Shown in pieces: positions 40,631 to 51,408 of a stretch of DNA of 64,000 nucleotides. The first letter of the stretch is position 1. Every line of letters begins with the position of its first letter. The stretch covers positions 1 to 64,000 of the forward strand of contig CAJWHW010000007.1 in assembly GCA_913040915.1 (NCBI GenBank), written 5' to 3'. Source of the DNA: an uncultured Fidelibacterota bacterium. Its GTDB lineage: Bacteria; Fidelibacterota; Marinisomatia; Marinisomatales; UBA1611. Under the pieces are notes generated by a model. It was not told the DNA's origin and did not search any database. It worked only from the letters and a program-made list of their open reading frames with translations. The position numbers and the translations under genes were made by a program.

Positions 40631-43257
40631 TGAAGCATCTCCATGTTAGCTGTTACTTTATCTAATTCTTCGGATAATTTAGATAAGTTTAATCTTTCTT
40701 TTTCTACTATATGCTCCGGTGCACGGGTAATAAATTTTTCATTGGACAATTTACTATTAATCCCAATAATGAGCTTGTTTATTTCTGAAATTCTTTTTTC
40801 CATTCGATGTTTTTCTTGACCTAAATCAACTAAACCGCCTAAAGGGATATACAACTCCATACCATCAACTACCATTGTCGCAGACTGACCAGGCTTTTCT
40901 ATGCTTTCTCCAATTGAAATTTGATCCAATCGAGCTAAGGCTCTTAAAAGAATCTGGTTATTGGACAGAAAGCTTTCTTGTTTGTTTGAACACCGGATAT
41001 AAATATTTGAGAATTTAGAAGGAGGTACATTCATTCTGCTTCGGATAGATCTAATCGCAGTAACTATGTTTTTCAATAGGTTCATATCACTTTCAGCTGA
41101 TTCCGAATTGTAAGACCAGGATTTAGGCCACGTTGTTAGAATTAAATCTACAGCTTCTTTAGGTTTGAAATTATTCCACAATTCTTCAGTAATAAATGGT
41201 GAATATGGATGGAGCAATGCCAAAACAGTTCGGATAATTTTTAATGCAACAGACCTTGTCAGATTTGCTGCCGACTCGCTATCACCGTAGAACCTAGTTT
41301 TTGCAATTTCAACATACCAATCACAGAAATCACTCCATATGAATTCATATAATACTTTTGCAGCTTCATTAAAATGAAAACGATCCAGTTGACGATTATA
41401 ATCTGTAATTGTTTTTGATAAACGGCTTAATATCCATCGCTCTGGTAAATCTAATTCACCTTCCAATCCACCTTCCTCATCCCAATTTTCAGGAATATTC
41501 ATTTGAACAAAACGACAGGCATTCCATAGTTTATTCATAAAATTACGACCAATTTCTAAACGGTCTTTTGAAAATAAAACATCTAATCCTTGTGGAGCCA
41601 TAAGCATGATGCTAAACCGTACTGCATCTGTCCCATATTCTTCAAATAAATCAAGTGGATCTGGAGAATTACCTAAGGATTTACTTAGTTTTCTTCCTTG
41701 GGTATCTCTTAGGATGGAAGTGAAGTATACATCTTTAAATGGAAGATCACCTAAAAATTCATACCCAGTTATAATCATTCTAGCAACCCAGAAAAAGATG
41801 ATATCCGGTCCAGTAACCAGTGCTTGAGTTGGATAAAATTTAGATAGACTAGCATCTTTATCTGGCCAAGTATGGACTCCCATTGGCCATAACCACGAAC
41901 TAGCCCAAGTATCTAAAACGTCTGGGTCCTGTGTCCAATTTTCAGGGTCATCCGGCCCTTCTACAGAGACATGAACCTTTTCAGAATCATTATTATGGTA
42001 CCAAACAGGGATTTGATGTCCCCACCACAATTGACGACTTATACACCAATCTTTTATATTTTCCATCCAATGATTATATGTCTTTGTCCAGTGTTCTGGA
42101 TGGAATTTGATATTACGGTTATTTACTGCTGCTATTGCCGGTTCCACCAATCTGTCCATTTTCATAAACCACTGTTCGGACATATAAAATTCAATTGGTA
42201 CATGTCCCCTCTCAGAAAACCCTATTTTACTAACATAATCCTCTGTCTTCTCTAATAATCCTAGAGTATCCAAATCAGCTAAAACCGCTTTTCTAGTTTC
42301 TTCACGTGATAAGCCAATATATTCATTCGGTACATTTTGGTTCATGGACGCATCATCATTCATAATATTGATGAATTCTAATTTATGATTTTCACCCATA
42401 GCAAAATCATTTGGATCATGGGCTGGTGTTACTTTAATACATCCAGTCCCAAATTCAGGATCCACATAAGCATCCTTTATTATTGGAATTTCCCTCCCAA
42501 CCAAGGGTAACTTCACCGTTTTTCCTACTAAATGTTGATATCTTTCATCATCAGGATGTACAGCAACAGCCGTATCCCCCAGCATAGTTTCTGGTCGTGT
42601 GGTAGCTACTACTAAAAATTCATCAGAATTAGTAATTGGATATCTAAAGTGCCATAAGTACCCATTTTTTTCCTTGTGTATGACTTCTTCATCACTAATC
42701 GCAGATTTTGAAGCTGGGCACCAATTCACTAGACGATATCCTTTATAAATAAGCCCTTTTTCATACAACTTGACAAATGCGGATAGGACTGCTTTTGTAT
42801 ACCCATCATCCATAGTAAACCGCTCACGGTCCCAATCACAGGAACAGCCAAGTTTTTTTAACTGATGAATAATAATTCCACCATATTTATCTTTCCATTC
42901 CCAAGCATATTTTAAAAACTCATCTCGTTTTAATTCGTTTTTATCTATACCTTTTTCCTCAAGCATGGCAACCACTTTTGCTTCTGTTGCGATAGATGCA
43001 TGGTCTGTCCCTGGGATCCAGCAAGCTTCTTTACCTTCCATTCTGGCTTTGCGAATTAAGATATCCTGAATAGTATTGTTTAAAACATGGCCTACTGTTA
43101 GCATACCCGTCACATTAGGCGGTGGGATGACGATAGTATAAGGCTCCTTTTTAGAATGCTCATCAGCATGAAAATATTTTTTTTCTAACCAGTGCGAGTA
43201 CCACTTATCCTCTATAGCTGCAGGATTATATGCTTTTTCTAAAGTAGGTGATGACAT
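40627..43257 (-). CDS. valS: Valine--tRNA ligase
   Basis: PPPNVTG.L(TVGH), PGTDHASIAT, ATTRPET, DWCISRQLWWGH, KLSKS, C-terminal coiled coil. Confidence 0.97.
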   Translation of the reverse strand: MSSPTLEKAYNPAAIEDKWYSHWLEKKYFHADEHSKKEPYTIVIPPPNVTGMLTVGHVLNNTIQDILIRKARMEGKEACWIPGTDHASIATEAKVVAMLEEKGIDKNELKRDEFLKYAWEWKDKYGGIIIHQLKKLGCSCDWDRERFTMDDGYTKAVLSAFVKLYEKGLIYKGYRLVNWCPASKSAISDEEVIHKEKNGYLWHFRYPITNSDEFLVVATTRPETMLGDTAVAVHPDDERYQHLVGKTVKLPLVGREIPIIKDAYVDPEFGTGCIKVTPAHDPNDFAMGENHKLEFINIMNDDASMNQNVPNEYIGLSREETRKAVLADLDTLGLLEKTEDYVSKIGFSERGHVPIEFYMSEQWFMKMDRLVEPAIAAVNNRNIKFHPEHWTKTYNHWMENIKDWCISRQLWWGHQIPVWYHNNDSEKVHVSVEGPDDPENWTQDPDVLDTWASSWLWPMGVHTWPDKDASLSKFYPTQALVTGPDIIFFWVARMIITGYEFLGDLPFKDVYFTSILRDTQGRKLSKSLGNSPDPLDLFEEYGTDAVRFSIMLMAPQGLDVLFSKDRLEIGRNFMNKLWNACRFVQMNIPENWDEEGGLEGELDLPERWILSRLSKTITDYNRQLDRFHFNEAAKVLYEFIWSDFCDWYVEIAKTRFYGDSESAANLTRSVALKIIRTVLALLHPYSPFITEELWNNFKPKEAVDLILTTWPKSWSYNSESAESDMNLLKNIVTAIRSIRSRMNVPPSKFSNIYIRCSNKQESFLSNNQILLRALARLDQISIGESIEKPGQSATMVVDGMELYIPLGGLVDLGQEKHRMEKRISEINKLIIGINSKLSNEKFITRAPEHIVEKERLNLSKLSEELDKVTANMEMLQ

Positions 43258-43605
43258 AAAAGTTTATTAAATAATGATTAAATTTTGGTGAAAATAGGGT
43301 CAGTGATTTTACGACAATTCAATGCCCCTTTCATTGGAAACCTGACTTAATATCAAGTTGAAATCAACCATTCATTTTTTTAGGTACATGATAAATTCAA
43401 AGCCCATAATTCTTGATAACAATTATGTTTGATCCTTATGGATTTCTAACCACATTTGAATTTAGAATGATAGGTCCATTTTTACTTTTCAGCGTACCAA
43501 GATTTTTGCTTTTAACCAGGGGACAATTAGAGTGGAAACACAATAAAAAATTAAAAGCAGACGAAAAAGTTGTTCAAAATAAGTCATCATAAATAATATT
43601 TATCA

Positions 43606-44157
43606 ATGATTCTTCTAATCGATAATTATGATTCATTTACCTACAACCTTGCTCAGTTAATTGAATCTTTTGGCGAAACTGTTCAAGTTATACAAAATGA
43701 TACAAATATTAATCTGGATGAGTTTTTACCGGAAAAAATAATCATATCCCCCGGACCAGGAACACCATCTGAATCAGGTATTTCAAAACAAATTATTCAA
43801 GAATACATGAACAAACAGCCCATTCTCGGTGTATGCTTAGGGCACCAGTGTATTGGAGAAGTATTTGGGTCAACTGTAAAATCATCACAACGAATTCTTC
43901 ACGGAAAAGCATCATTGATTCATCACATGAATTCAGGGATTTTTAAAGGAATTCCTTCTCCCTTTCAAGCAGCCCGATACCATTCCCTATCACTGGATTC
44001 TGTACCAGAAAACTTTTTTAAAACTGCCTGGGCAAATGATCATGAAATTATGGGAATCCAACATGAAGCTTTACCGTTATTTGGTGTTCAATTCCACCCT
44101 GAATCATTTTTAACACCTATGGGTCCGAAAATATTGGAGAATTTTCTTAATGTTTAA
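43606..44157 (+). CDS. pabA: Aminodeoxychorismate/anthranilate synthase glutamine amidotransferase component
   Basis: IDNYDSFTYNL, SPGPG, GVCLGHQ, RYHSL, QFHPES. Confidence 0.88.
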   Translation: MILLIDNYDSFTYNLAQLIESFGETVQVIQNDTNINLDEFLPEKIIISPGPGTPSESGISKQIIQEYMNKQPILGVCLGHQCIGEVFGSTVKSSQRILHGKASLIHHMNSGIFKGIPSPFQAARYHSLSLDSVPENFFKTAWANDHEIMGIQHEALPLFGVQFHPESFLTPMGPKILENFLNV

Positions 44158-45250
44158 AAAAGCAGTTTTCCTAGGCAATGATCAATCAGATTGGGTGAAT
44201 ATTTCAGTTACTAACCCAATTGATACGCTTTCCCTTGAGATTGATGATTCGCCAGAAAAATTGGTTAATTTCATTCATAAACATACTGGAAGGTTTTTAG
44301 CTGGATTTATAACCTATGAATATGGTGTAAAACAAATGGGTGTTCCTGTAGATAATTATAAAGACATACCTGCTGTTTATTTTTGCGCTTTTGATAGTAG
44401 TGAAAAACCAAATCCTATTGCAAAAATTTCCATGCCGAGATGGGAAATCTTTGAACCCACTATATCTAAAAAAACTTATGAAACTAATTTTAAACATATA
44501 AAAGATCATATTTTTAGAGGCAATTTTTACCAAATCAATTATACTTATCATCTCAAATCATTAGCTAATGTCCCAGCAGAAAATTTATTCTATAGTTTCA
44601 GAAAAAATAATAAGGTTGGATACTGTGCATTTTTTGAAACAAATAATTGGGCAATCCATTCCTTATCGCCGGAACAATTTATAAAAATTAAAAATGGTAT
44701 TATCACCACAAAACCTATCAAAGGAACTATAGTAAGAGGGGACACAAAAGAAGAAGATAAGTACAATTTGAGTATGCTACTTAGGAGCGAAAAAGAACAG
44801 GCAGAACTTTATATGATTATTGATCTCTTGAGGAATGATCTAGGTAAAGTCTGTGAAACAGACTCAGTAAAAGTTTTTGAATCAAAATCTGTAAAAAAAT
44901 TAGAAAAAGTATTCCATACCTATGGAAAAATACAGGGCACTTTAAAATCAACTTTGAGTCCTATAGAAGCTTTAATCTCCATGCTACCCGGCGGTTCTAT
45001 TTCCGGATGTCCGAAAAAACGAGCTTGTGAAATCATACATGAATTGGAATTAAACCCAAGAGGTGTTTATACCGGCACAATAGGATACATCCTACCTGAT
45101 GGCACCCTTAATTTTAATATTGCTATTCGGACCGCTGTACAGCAAAAAGATAAATTAACACTGGGTGTTGGAGGTGGTATTACCGTGGATTCAAATTGTT
45201 TCGATGAATATGATGAAACATTAGCAAAAGCTATGTCTTTTCAACCATGA
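44150..45250 (+). CDS. pabB: Aminodeoxychorismate synthase component I (compact chorismate-binding enzyme)
   Basis: YQIN, SPEQF, PIKGT (PabB-type Lys), MIIDLLRNDLG, PGGSISGCPK, NIAIRT, GGGIT. Confidence 0.85.
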   Translation: MFKKAVFLGNDQSDWVNISVTNPIDTLSLEIDDSPEKLVNFIHKHTGRFLAGFITYEYGVKQMGVPVDNYKDIPAVYFCAFDSSEKPNPIAKISMPRWEIFEPTISKKTYETNFKHIKDHIFRGNFYQINYTYHLKSLANVPAENLFYSFRKNNKVGYCAFFETNNWAIHSLSPEQFIKIKNGIITTKPIKGTIVRGDTKEEDKYNLSMLLRSEKEQAELYMIIDLLRNDLGKVCETDSVKVFESKSVKKLEKVFHTYGKIQGTLKSTLSPIEALISMLPGGSISGCPKKRACEIIHELELNPRGVYTGTIGYILPDGTLNFNIAIRTAVQQKDKLTLGVGGGITVDSNCFDEYDETLAKAMSFQP

Positions 45251-46035
45251 TAACAGCACTTGTTAATAATGAATGGGAAAGGATTCCCCCTGAGTCTCTC
45301 AAGCTGGGAGAAAATACTTTTGCATTTAAACAAGGGCTGTATGAGACATTTCGTACTTTGGATTATAGGCCTGTATTTTTAGCTCCACATTTAGATCGAA
45401 TTTTTAATTCAGCAAAATTGACTGGACTTGACATCCATTATCAAAAAGAAGAATTGTTAAATATGGTAAATCGGGTTGTTAGATCTTTCCACGATCCAAA
45501 TCAGCGGGCACGAATTTTGGTCGTCCCTAACAAATTAATTATCTATACTTCATCATTAAATTTGGATCCAATTATTTATAAAGGGGTTTCTGCCATTACA
45601 GTATTGGGCACACGGGAAACTCCAGATTTAAAAACGACCAATTATAAAGTTTGTTATGATGCATGGAAATTGGCGGAAAAACAAAATTGTTTTGAAGCGA
45701 TATTGATTGATAATGATGGCTCAGTTTTGGAGGGCAGTCGAAGTAATATCTTTTGGATAAAGGATGGAAAACTATTTACACGCGAGGGTAATGTTCTACC
45801 AGGTATCACGCGACAAACAATCATTAAATATTCACCCTACCCAATTACTTTTGAATCATTGAATCAGAATGAAATTTGCTCTTTAGATGAGTTATTCTTA
45901 ACAAACAGCGGCTCCGGAATTGTTCCTATCATACAAGTAGATAAGCATTCAATTAATGGTTGTTTAATTGGCAAAATGACACATCAATTATTAAAACTTT
46001 ATAATGATTGGATGTACAATGATATAAAAGAGTAA
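45247..46035 (+). CDS. pabC: Class IV PLP enzyme, probable 4-amino-4-deoxychorismate lyase
   Basis: GLYETFR, HLDR, LKTTNY, EGSRSNIF, LPGITR, LFLTNS; follows pabAB. Confidence 0.7.
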   Translation: MITALVNNEWERIPPESLKLGENTFAFKQGLYETFRTLDYRPVFLAPHLDRIFNSAKLTGLDIHYQKEELLNMVNRVVRSFHDPNQRARILVVPNKLIIYTSSLNLDPIIYKGVSAITVLGTRETPDLKTTNYKVCYDAWKLAEKQNCFEAILIDNDGSVLEGSRSNIFWIKDGKLFTREGNVLPGITRQTIIKYSPYPITFESLNQNEICSLDELFLTNSGSGIVPIIQVDKHSINGCLIGKMTHQLLKLYNDWMYNDIKE

Positions 46036-46050
46036 TTTTTGATTTGAGTT

Positions 46051-46533
46051 ATGAAAATAATTAATCAAATAAATATAAAACCCAGCGTGCGTGGTGAACA
46101 TGGTTTACCCAAAAACTCTGTTCATCGTGTTCATATTTCTAAAATGGGCTTGGAAGGTGATTATAATCATTGGCGGAAAAACAAAAAACATAATGACCCT
46201 GATATGGCCGTTTTACTTTATCCTGTTGAAACCATAGATGAATTGAATAATGAAGGTTGGCCTGTAAGGCCTGGTGATCTAGGTGAAAATTTGACAATTT
46301 CTGGTTTTAAACATTGCCACTTTAAACCAAATCAACAATATCAAATTGGGGATTGTATCTTGGAAATTTCTTTGGAGTGTGATCCATGTACTAACCTTTC
46401 CGTACTTCCTTATGTGGGCAAACGAAAGATAAATGAATTTATTAAAACCACCATGAAAAGACGAGGTTGGTATGCCCGTGTAATAAATGAAGGTTGGGTG
46501 GAAAAGGGCAATGAATTAAAACAGATTACATGA
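46051..46533 (+). CDS. MOSC-domain protein (YiiM-like)
   Basis: GLPK, GLEGD, PGDLGENLT, C.PC, RGWYARV..EG.V..G. Confidence 0.88.
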   Translation: MKIINQINIKPSVRGEHGLPKNSVHRVHISKMGLEGDYNHWRKNKKHNDPDMAVLLYPVETIDELNNEGWPVRPGDLGENLTISGFKHCHFKPNQQYQIGDCILEISLECDPCTNLSVLPYVGKRKINEFIKTTMKRRGWYARVINEGWVEKGNELKQIT

Positions 46534-47249
46534 GTCAAACAAAAAAATATAATATTTCAGGTATGACTTGCAGTGAATGTGTGGTTTTAATTAAAGATAA
46601 ACTTCAAATTATCCAACAGGTTGAGAATGCTGAAGTTTCTTTGGAATCAAATTCCGTTCATTTGACCACTTCAACACCCGTTTCCATAAATATCTTACAG
46701 ACAGCACTGCCAGAAAAATATACATTAAATGAACTGGAAACATCACCAAATAAAAAACCCATAATTGAAAATAAATCTGACTTAGGACAGTTATACCCAC
46801 TTTTTCTTATCTTTTTTTATATCACAGCTTCAACTCTTATCATAAATAGGGCTGATCTTAACGTAAGAAATTTCATGTATGATTTTATGGGGATTTTTTA
46901 TATTGTTTTCAGTTTTTTTAAATTTCTAGATTATAAAAATTTCCCAGATTCATTTGCTAAATATGATCCACTCGCAAAAATTATGCCTTTTTATGGATGG
47001 TCCTACCCATTCATTGAGACAATTTTAGGGATGTTATTTTTATTCAGATTAAAGCTCCAATTTGCATTGATTACAACTCTGGTAATTCTTGGCCTAACAA
47101 CCGTTGGGGTTACGAAAGTATTGCTAAATAAAAACCCGATCCAGTGTGCGTGTCTAGGTACATCCATCAAACTGCCTATGACTAGAGCAACCATCATTGA
47201 AAACAGCGTAATGCTAATGATGGCAATTTGGATGCTGCAATATAATTAG
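46530..47249 (+). CDS. Heavy-metal-associated (HMA) domain + MauE/DoxX-like membrane protein
   Basis: GMTCSEC; FMG.FYIVFSFFKFLD, YDPLAK, YPFIE, CACLG. Confidence 0.88.
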   Translation: MSQTKKYNISGMTCSECVVLIKDKLQIIQQVENAEVSLESNSVHLTTSTPVSINILQTALPEKYTLNELETSPNKKPIIENKSDLGQLYPLFLIFFYITASTLIINRADLNVRNFMYDFMGIFYIVFSFFKFLDYKNFPDSFAKYDPLAKIMPFYGWSYPFIETILGMLFLFRLKLQFALITTLVILGLTTVGVTKVLLNKNPIQCACLGTSIKLPMTRATIIENSVMLMMAIWMLQYN

Positions 47250-47351
47250 AAAATATTTCATAAATTAATTTGTAAGCTCATTACAGTTTTTTCGACTGAA
47301 TTTTTACTTTTATAAAATGATATTTTTGAATATTAATTTTTATTTGACAGT

Positions 47352-49601
47352 ATGTTAAATAGTTTTTCTAAGTTTATAATTAATCATCCTAGGATAATAC
47401 TATCCAGTGTTTTTATCATTTCGCTTTTTCTTTCTTTTTTTATTCCGAATCTGAAAATTGATTTTTCCATTGAGCATTTATTTTCACAAAAGGATCCTGG
47501 AGTTGAAAAATATTTTTCATTTCGAGATACTTTTGGGCGGGAAGATAATGTTTTAACAATCATATATAAGCCAATAAATGTCTACGAGAAACAACTTTAT
47601 ATTGAGCTCGAGGAGTTGGTTTATGGCATAGAAGAATTAGATGGTGTAAAGAATGTAATATCTATTTTCACTTTAAGTGACATAGACCTTAACGCTTGGT
47701 TAGGAAATTTACATGATGATTATTTTCCATGGGATAAGGATACAATTTTTAAAAAATTGAGTTATATACAACAAGACCCATCAATAGGATGTAGAGTAAT
47801 CTCTAAAAATTTACAATATGGTTCAATAATTATATCTCTAAAAGATAATGCCAATAATCATGGTAGGCGCACTGAACTTCTTGAAGAAATAAAAATTCTT
47901 ACATCAAAGACTTCTGCAGAATGGACGTATTCAGGAGTATCTGTCTTGAGAACAGAATATGTTCGCTATATGCTTCGAGACAATTTTGTTTTTTTACCTC
48001 CAATAGCGGTTATTTTTATTTCCATTCTTAGTTTTATTTTTCGTAACTGGGCCTATGTTTTATTACCTACACTAACAGTGATAATAACTGTAATCTGGTT
48101 ATTAGGCTTTATGGGAATATTTGGATTAGAAATAAATATTATGACCTATATAGTGCCTACGCTTCTAATTATTATTGGTATAAGTGATGCAATCCATATC
48201 CAAGCAAGGTTCAGAGAAAATTTCATAAAATATCCTTCAGATCCACTGGAAGCAATGCTTACGACCATGAACCAGATGACAAAAGTAATTTTTCTAACTA
48301 GTGTTACAACAGCAATTGGATTTCTGGCGCTCATGACCACATCTATTCAAATTGTTAGAGAATTTGGTATGGAAATCTCTATTGGGGTAATGTTTGCCTG
48401 GCTGGTATCTATATTAATAGTACCATCCGGAATTATTTTTTCACAACAATTCAAAGTTAGAAAAAAAGATACATTTCAACCTTTTCTTATTTGGTTATCA
48501 GGAATTATCCCCAATAACCCATGGGCATTTATTATTGTTCCGAGTCTCATATCTGCAATATGTATTTACAAGATTAAAGATATTTCTACTGATGCATCAC
48601 TCATGGATGATTTAAGACCTAAAAATAAATTGTATCAGGATCTCAAATTAACAGAGAAAAATTTTGGTGGTGTATTACCGTTTGAAATTTTAGTAAAAAC
48701 CAAATCAAAAGAAATGAAGCAGGATGAAGTTTCTATTGATAGTGAAGTTTTGCAGTTATCTAAAATGATTCAACAGCTACTTGAAACTGAGTTGAAAAAT
48801 AGTCGGTTTTTTTCAGTAAATAATTTACTGGAATCTGCAAAACGGATTCAGGCAGGAAACAAAGCTAGTGTCAGTGATGAAATATTATTAAACCAAATAC
48901 TTGAAAACCAATCAAGTGGTCAAATCAATCTAATAAATGAAGGAAGAGATGTCCTTAGAATAACAGGTCTCATAGAAGATAAAACATCTAATGAGATGAA
49001 ACAGATCTATACCAAACTTGATTCACTTTCAGATACTTTTTCTGAAAAGGTTTCTATTGATTATACTGGCACGACTGTAGTAGCATTAAACACGAATGAT
49101 TATCTAGTACAATCCCTGGTTAATAGTCTTGGACTAGCTTTGATATTCATCAGTGTAATTATGGCAATTATGTTCCGTACTAACTCCATCCTTTTCGCTA
49201 GCCTTGTAACAAATCTGATCCCCATCTTTTCTGTTTTAGGTATTTTGGCTTGGCTTGGTATCTCAATACGTCCGCCTACGGCAATGACATTTGCGGTGGC
49301 TCTGGGAATAGCAGTTGACGACAGTTTGCATTTTTTACTACGATACAGACGAGAATTAAGAAACGGTTTAAACCGAGTAAATGCAATTAAAGCAACCATA
49401 ATCCATACAGGCTCTGCACTTTTGATTACTACATCTATATTGGTTGCAGGGTTCTCTGTATTATTACTCTCTGCATTTCTTCCTACATATCAATTTGGAC
49501 TATTATCGGCAGTTATGGTTGGGACTGCTCTTCTTTGTGACCTTACACTATTGCCGGCACTTTGCTTAATATTGCCGAATCCAAGAAAAAATGAGAACTA
49601 G
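47352..49601 (+). CDS. MMPL/RND-family transporter
   Basis: Duplicated topology; GISDAIH, TS.TTAIGF, GIAVDDSLHF, LLPAL. Confidence 0.92.
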   Translation: MLNSFSKFIINHPRIILSSVFIISLFLSFFIPNLKIDFSIEHLFSQKDPGVEKYFSFRDTFGREDNVLTIIYKPINVYEKQLYIELEELVYGIEELDGVKNVISIFTLSDIDLNAWLGNLHDDYFPWDKDTIFKKLSYIQQDPSIGCRVISKNLQYGSIIISLKDNANNHGRRTELLEEIKILTSKTSAEWTYSGVSVLRTEYVRYMLRDNFVFLPPIAVIFISILSFIFRNWAYVLLPTLTVIITVIWLLGFMGIFGLEINIMTYIVPTLLIIIGISDAIHIQARFRENFIKYPSDPLEAMLTTMNQMTKVIFLTSVTTAIGFLALMTTSIQIVREFGMEISIGVMFAWLVSILIVPSGIIFSQQFKVRKKDTFQPFLIWLSGIIPNNPWAFIIVPSLISAICIYKIKDISTDASLMDDLRPKNKLYQDLKLTEKNFGGVLPFEILVKTKSKEMKQDEVSIDSEVLQLSKMIQQLLETELKNSRFFSVNNLLESAKRIQAGNKASVSDEILLNQILENQSSGQINLINEGRDVLRITGLIEDKTSNEMKQIYTKLDSLSDTFSEKVSIDYTGTTVVALNTNDYLVQSLVNSLGLALIFISVIMAIMFRTNSILFASLVTNLIPIFSVLGILAWLGISIRPPTAMTFAVALGIAVDDSLHFLLRYRRELRNGLNRVNAIKATIIHTGSALLITTSILVAGFSVLLLSAFLPTYQFGLLSAVMVGTALLCDLTLLPALCLILPNPRKNEN

Positions 49602-50682
49602 AAAAAACATATATCAGATCAGAATTATTGTTTTGGGTAATATTCTATATTGTTATCTCATTGGTCAAAATCTTTCACTTAAGGGAATGCTTACGCTAAG
49701 CGGCTTAATAGGTGATGATGCTCCAAGAAATCTGCCAACTTATGAATCAAGTATAGACTATATCCCTACTTTATCTATAGTAAAGGAATTATCTAGTAAT
49801 ACTTTTCTAGATGCAGAATGGAGTTATAGGTTAAAAAAAGACTACTCAGGAGATTCGCTCTATAATAAGATATATAAGAAAAATCGTTTATGGGCAAGAT
49901 ATTCAAGTGAGAAAATTGAAGCTAGGCTTGGTCTTCAAAAAATTATTTTTGGACCCACACAAATTCTCCGATCGCTTTCATGGTTTGATACATTTGATAT
50001 AAAGGATCCTACCGGTCAGACAGATGGCGTAGAATCTTTTCGACTCAGATGGTTTCCATCCAATTCAATAGGTATTTGGACATGGGCAGTCCAAAATGAT
50101 CACAAAATTGTTTCTTATGGAGGACGGGGAGAGGTTTCGACTCTTTTGGGCGAATGGGGGATAACATTCCATCATGACCCCACAAACTCGTTACAAATGA
50201 TCGGTCAAACCAAAGTCTTGATTGATCAAGCTCACAACAGAATGGCCCTGGATTTTAGATACGACGGATTTATTGGCTTTTGGAATGAAAGTGCTTTTTT
50301 ATTTTCTAAAGAAAATAATATTGCACTGGTTACCATAGGAGCTGATTACACCTTGCCAATTGCCACCGGGATCATGCTTATGACTGAATCTATGTTGGTA
50401 AAAGATTATCAAATTGATTCGAACTCTACACAAACAGCTTTAATGGCCAGTGTACCCCTGGGCATGGTTTATCAGCTCATGTTTATTTCTCAATTTAATT
50501 GGGAAGAAAAAAAGAATTATAACTTTTTACGCCTGACTGCAACTTATGATCAATATGCTTTAAATTTTATCATTTCAATTAATCCAAAACGATCTGATTA
50601 TAATGAAGCTGCTTATTTCCTGCCTAATACAGTGGCTGGTTTTGGCACGAACCTAAAATTCGTCTTCATGTATAATCATTAG
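49591..50682 (+). CDS. Hypothetical outer-membrane beta-barrel-like protein
   Basis: Signal-like N-terminus; RLGLQKIIFG, FD..DP.....GV; amphipathic strands; 11-bp overlap with the MMPL gene. Confidence 0.55.
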   Translation: MRTRKNIYQIRIIVLGNILYCYLIGQNLSLKGMLTLSGLIGDDAPRNLPTYESSIDYIPTLSIVKELSSNTFLDAEWSYRLKKDYSGDSLYNKIYKKNRLWARYSSEKIEARLGLQKIIFGPTQILRSLSWFDTFDIKDPTGQTDGVESFRLRWFPSNSIGIWTWAVQNDHKIVSYGGRGEVSTLLGEWGITFHHDPTNSLQMIGQTKVLIDQAHNRMALDFRYDGFIGFWNESAFLFSKENNIALVTIGADYTLPIATGIMLMTESMLVKDYQIDSNSTQTALMASVPLGMVYQLMFISQFNWEEKKNYNFLRLTATYDQYALNFIISINPKRSDYNEAAYFLPNTVAGFGTNLKFVFMYNH

Positions 50683-50691
50683 GATATAATA

Positions 50692-51408
50692 ATGCAAAAT
50701 AATTCTGTAGTAACTATTGAAAACCTTACAAAGCAGTTTCCAGTAGGTGGCAGTTTTTTCACAGCACTTAAAGATGTGGATCTGACCATTAACAAAGGTG
50801 AATTCACCGGCTTAGTTGGGCCATCTGGATCAGGAAAAACAACACTGTTAAATATTATCGGCGGACTGGATTCTCCCACTGAAGGGCAGGTCAACGTATT
50901 AGACAATGCTCTAAATGATACGTCCCATAACGCTCGAGCGCGCCTGCGCCGAAAACATATGGGTTTTATTTTCCAAAGCTATAACCTGTTGCCAGTCTAC
51001 ACTGTATTTGAGAATGTAGAACTACCACTGATCTTGAATAAGGTTGAGCAGGAAGAGCGGAAAGATATGGTAAAAAAAGCGGTTAAATCCGTCGGGCTAA
51101 CCGATAAGCTAAATTCTCGGCCAAATATGTTGAGCGGAGGTGAATGTCAACGAACGGCTATTGCCAGAGCAATTGTCCATCAACCGGAACTTGTGTTGGC
51201 AGATGAACCAACCGCTAATCTGGATGCAGAAAATTCTCATCAAATTATGAAAATCCTCACAGATTTAAATGAAAAGTTAGATACTTCCTTTGTTTTTGCT
51301 ACACACGATGAAAAAATCATGGCCTACTTAAGACGTATAATTCGCCTAGGAGATGGCCAAATAACTGAAGATAAAAAGATTGAGAACCCCAATGGAAAGA
51401 AATACTAA
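50692..51408 (+). CDS. LolD-like ABC transporter ATP-binding protein
   Basis: GPSGSGKTT, LSGGECQR, ADEPTANLD, ATHD. Confidence 0.93.
   Translation: MQNNSVVTIENLTKQFPVGGSFFTALKDVDLTINKGEFTGLVGPSGSGKTTLLNIIGGLDSPTEGQVNVLDNALNDTSHNARARLRRKHMGFIFQSYNLLPVYTVFENVELPLILNKVEQEERKDMVKKAVKSVGLTDKLNSRPNMLSGGECQRTAIARAIVHQPELVLADEPTANLDAENSHQIMKILTDLNEKLDTSFVFATHDEKIMAYLRRIIRLGDGQITEDKKIENPNGKKY

Noticed and set aside
43258..43605. 348-bp valS/pabA divergent intergenic region as an ncRNA, T-box/riboswitch or pseudogene
   Set aside because: No convincing hairpin, T-box motif or recognisable protein remnant found by eye; an Rfam/blastx search would be needed.
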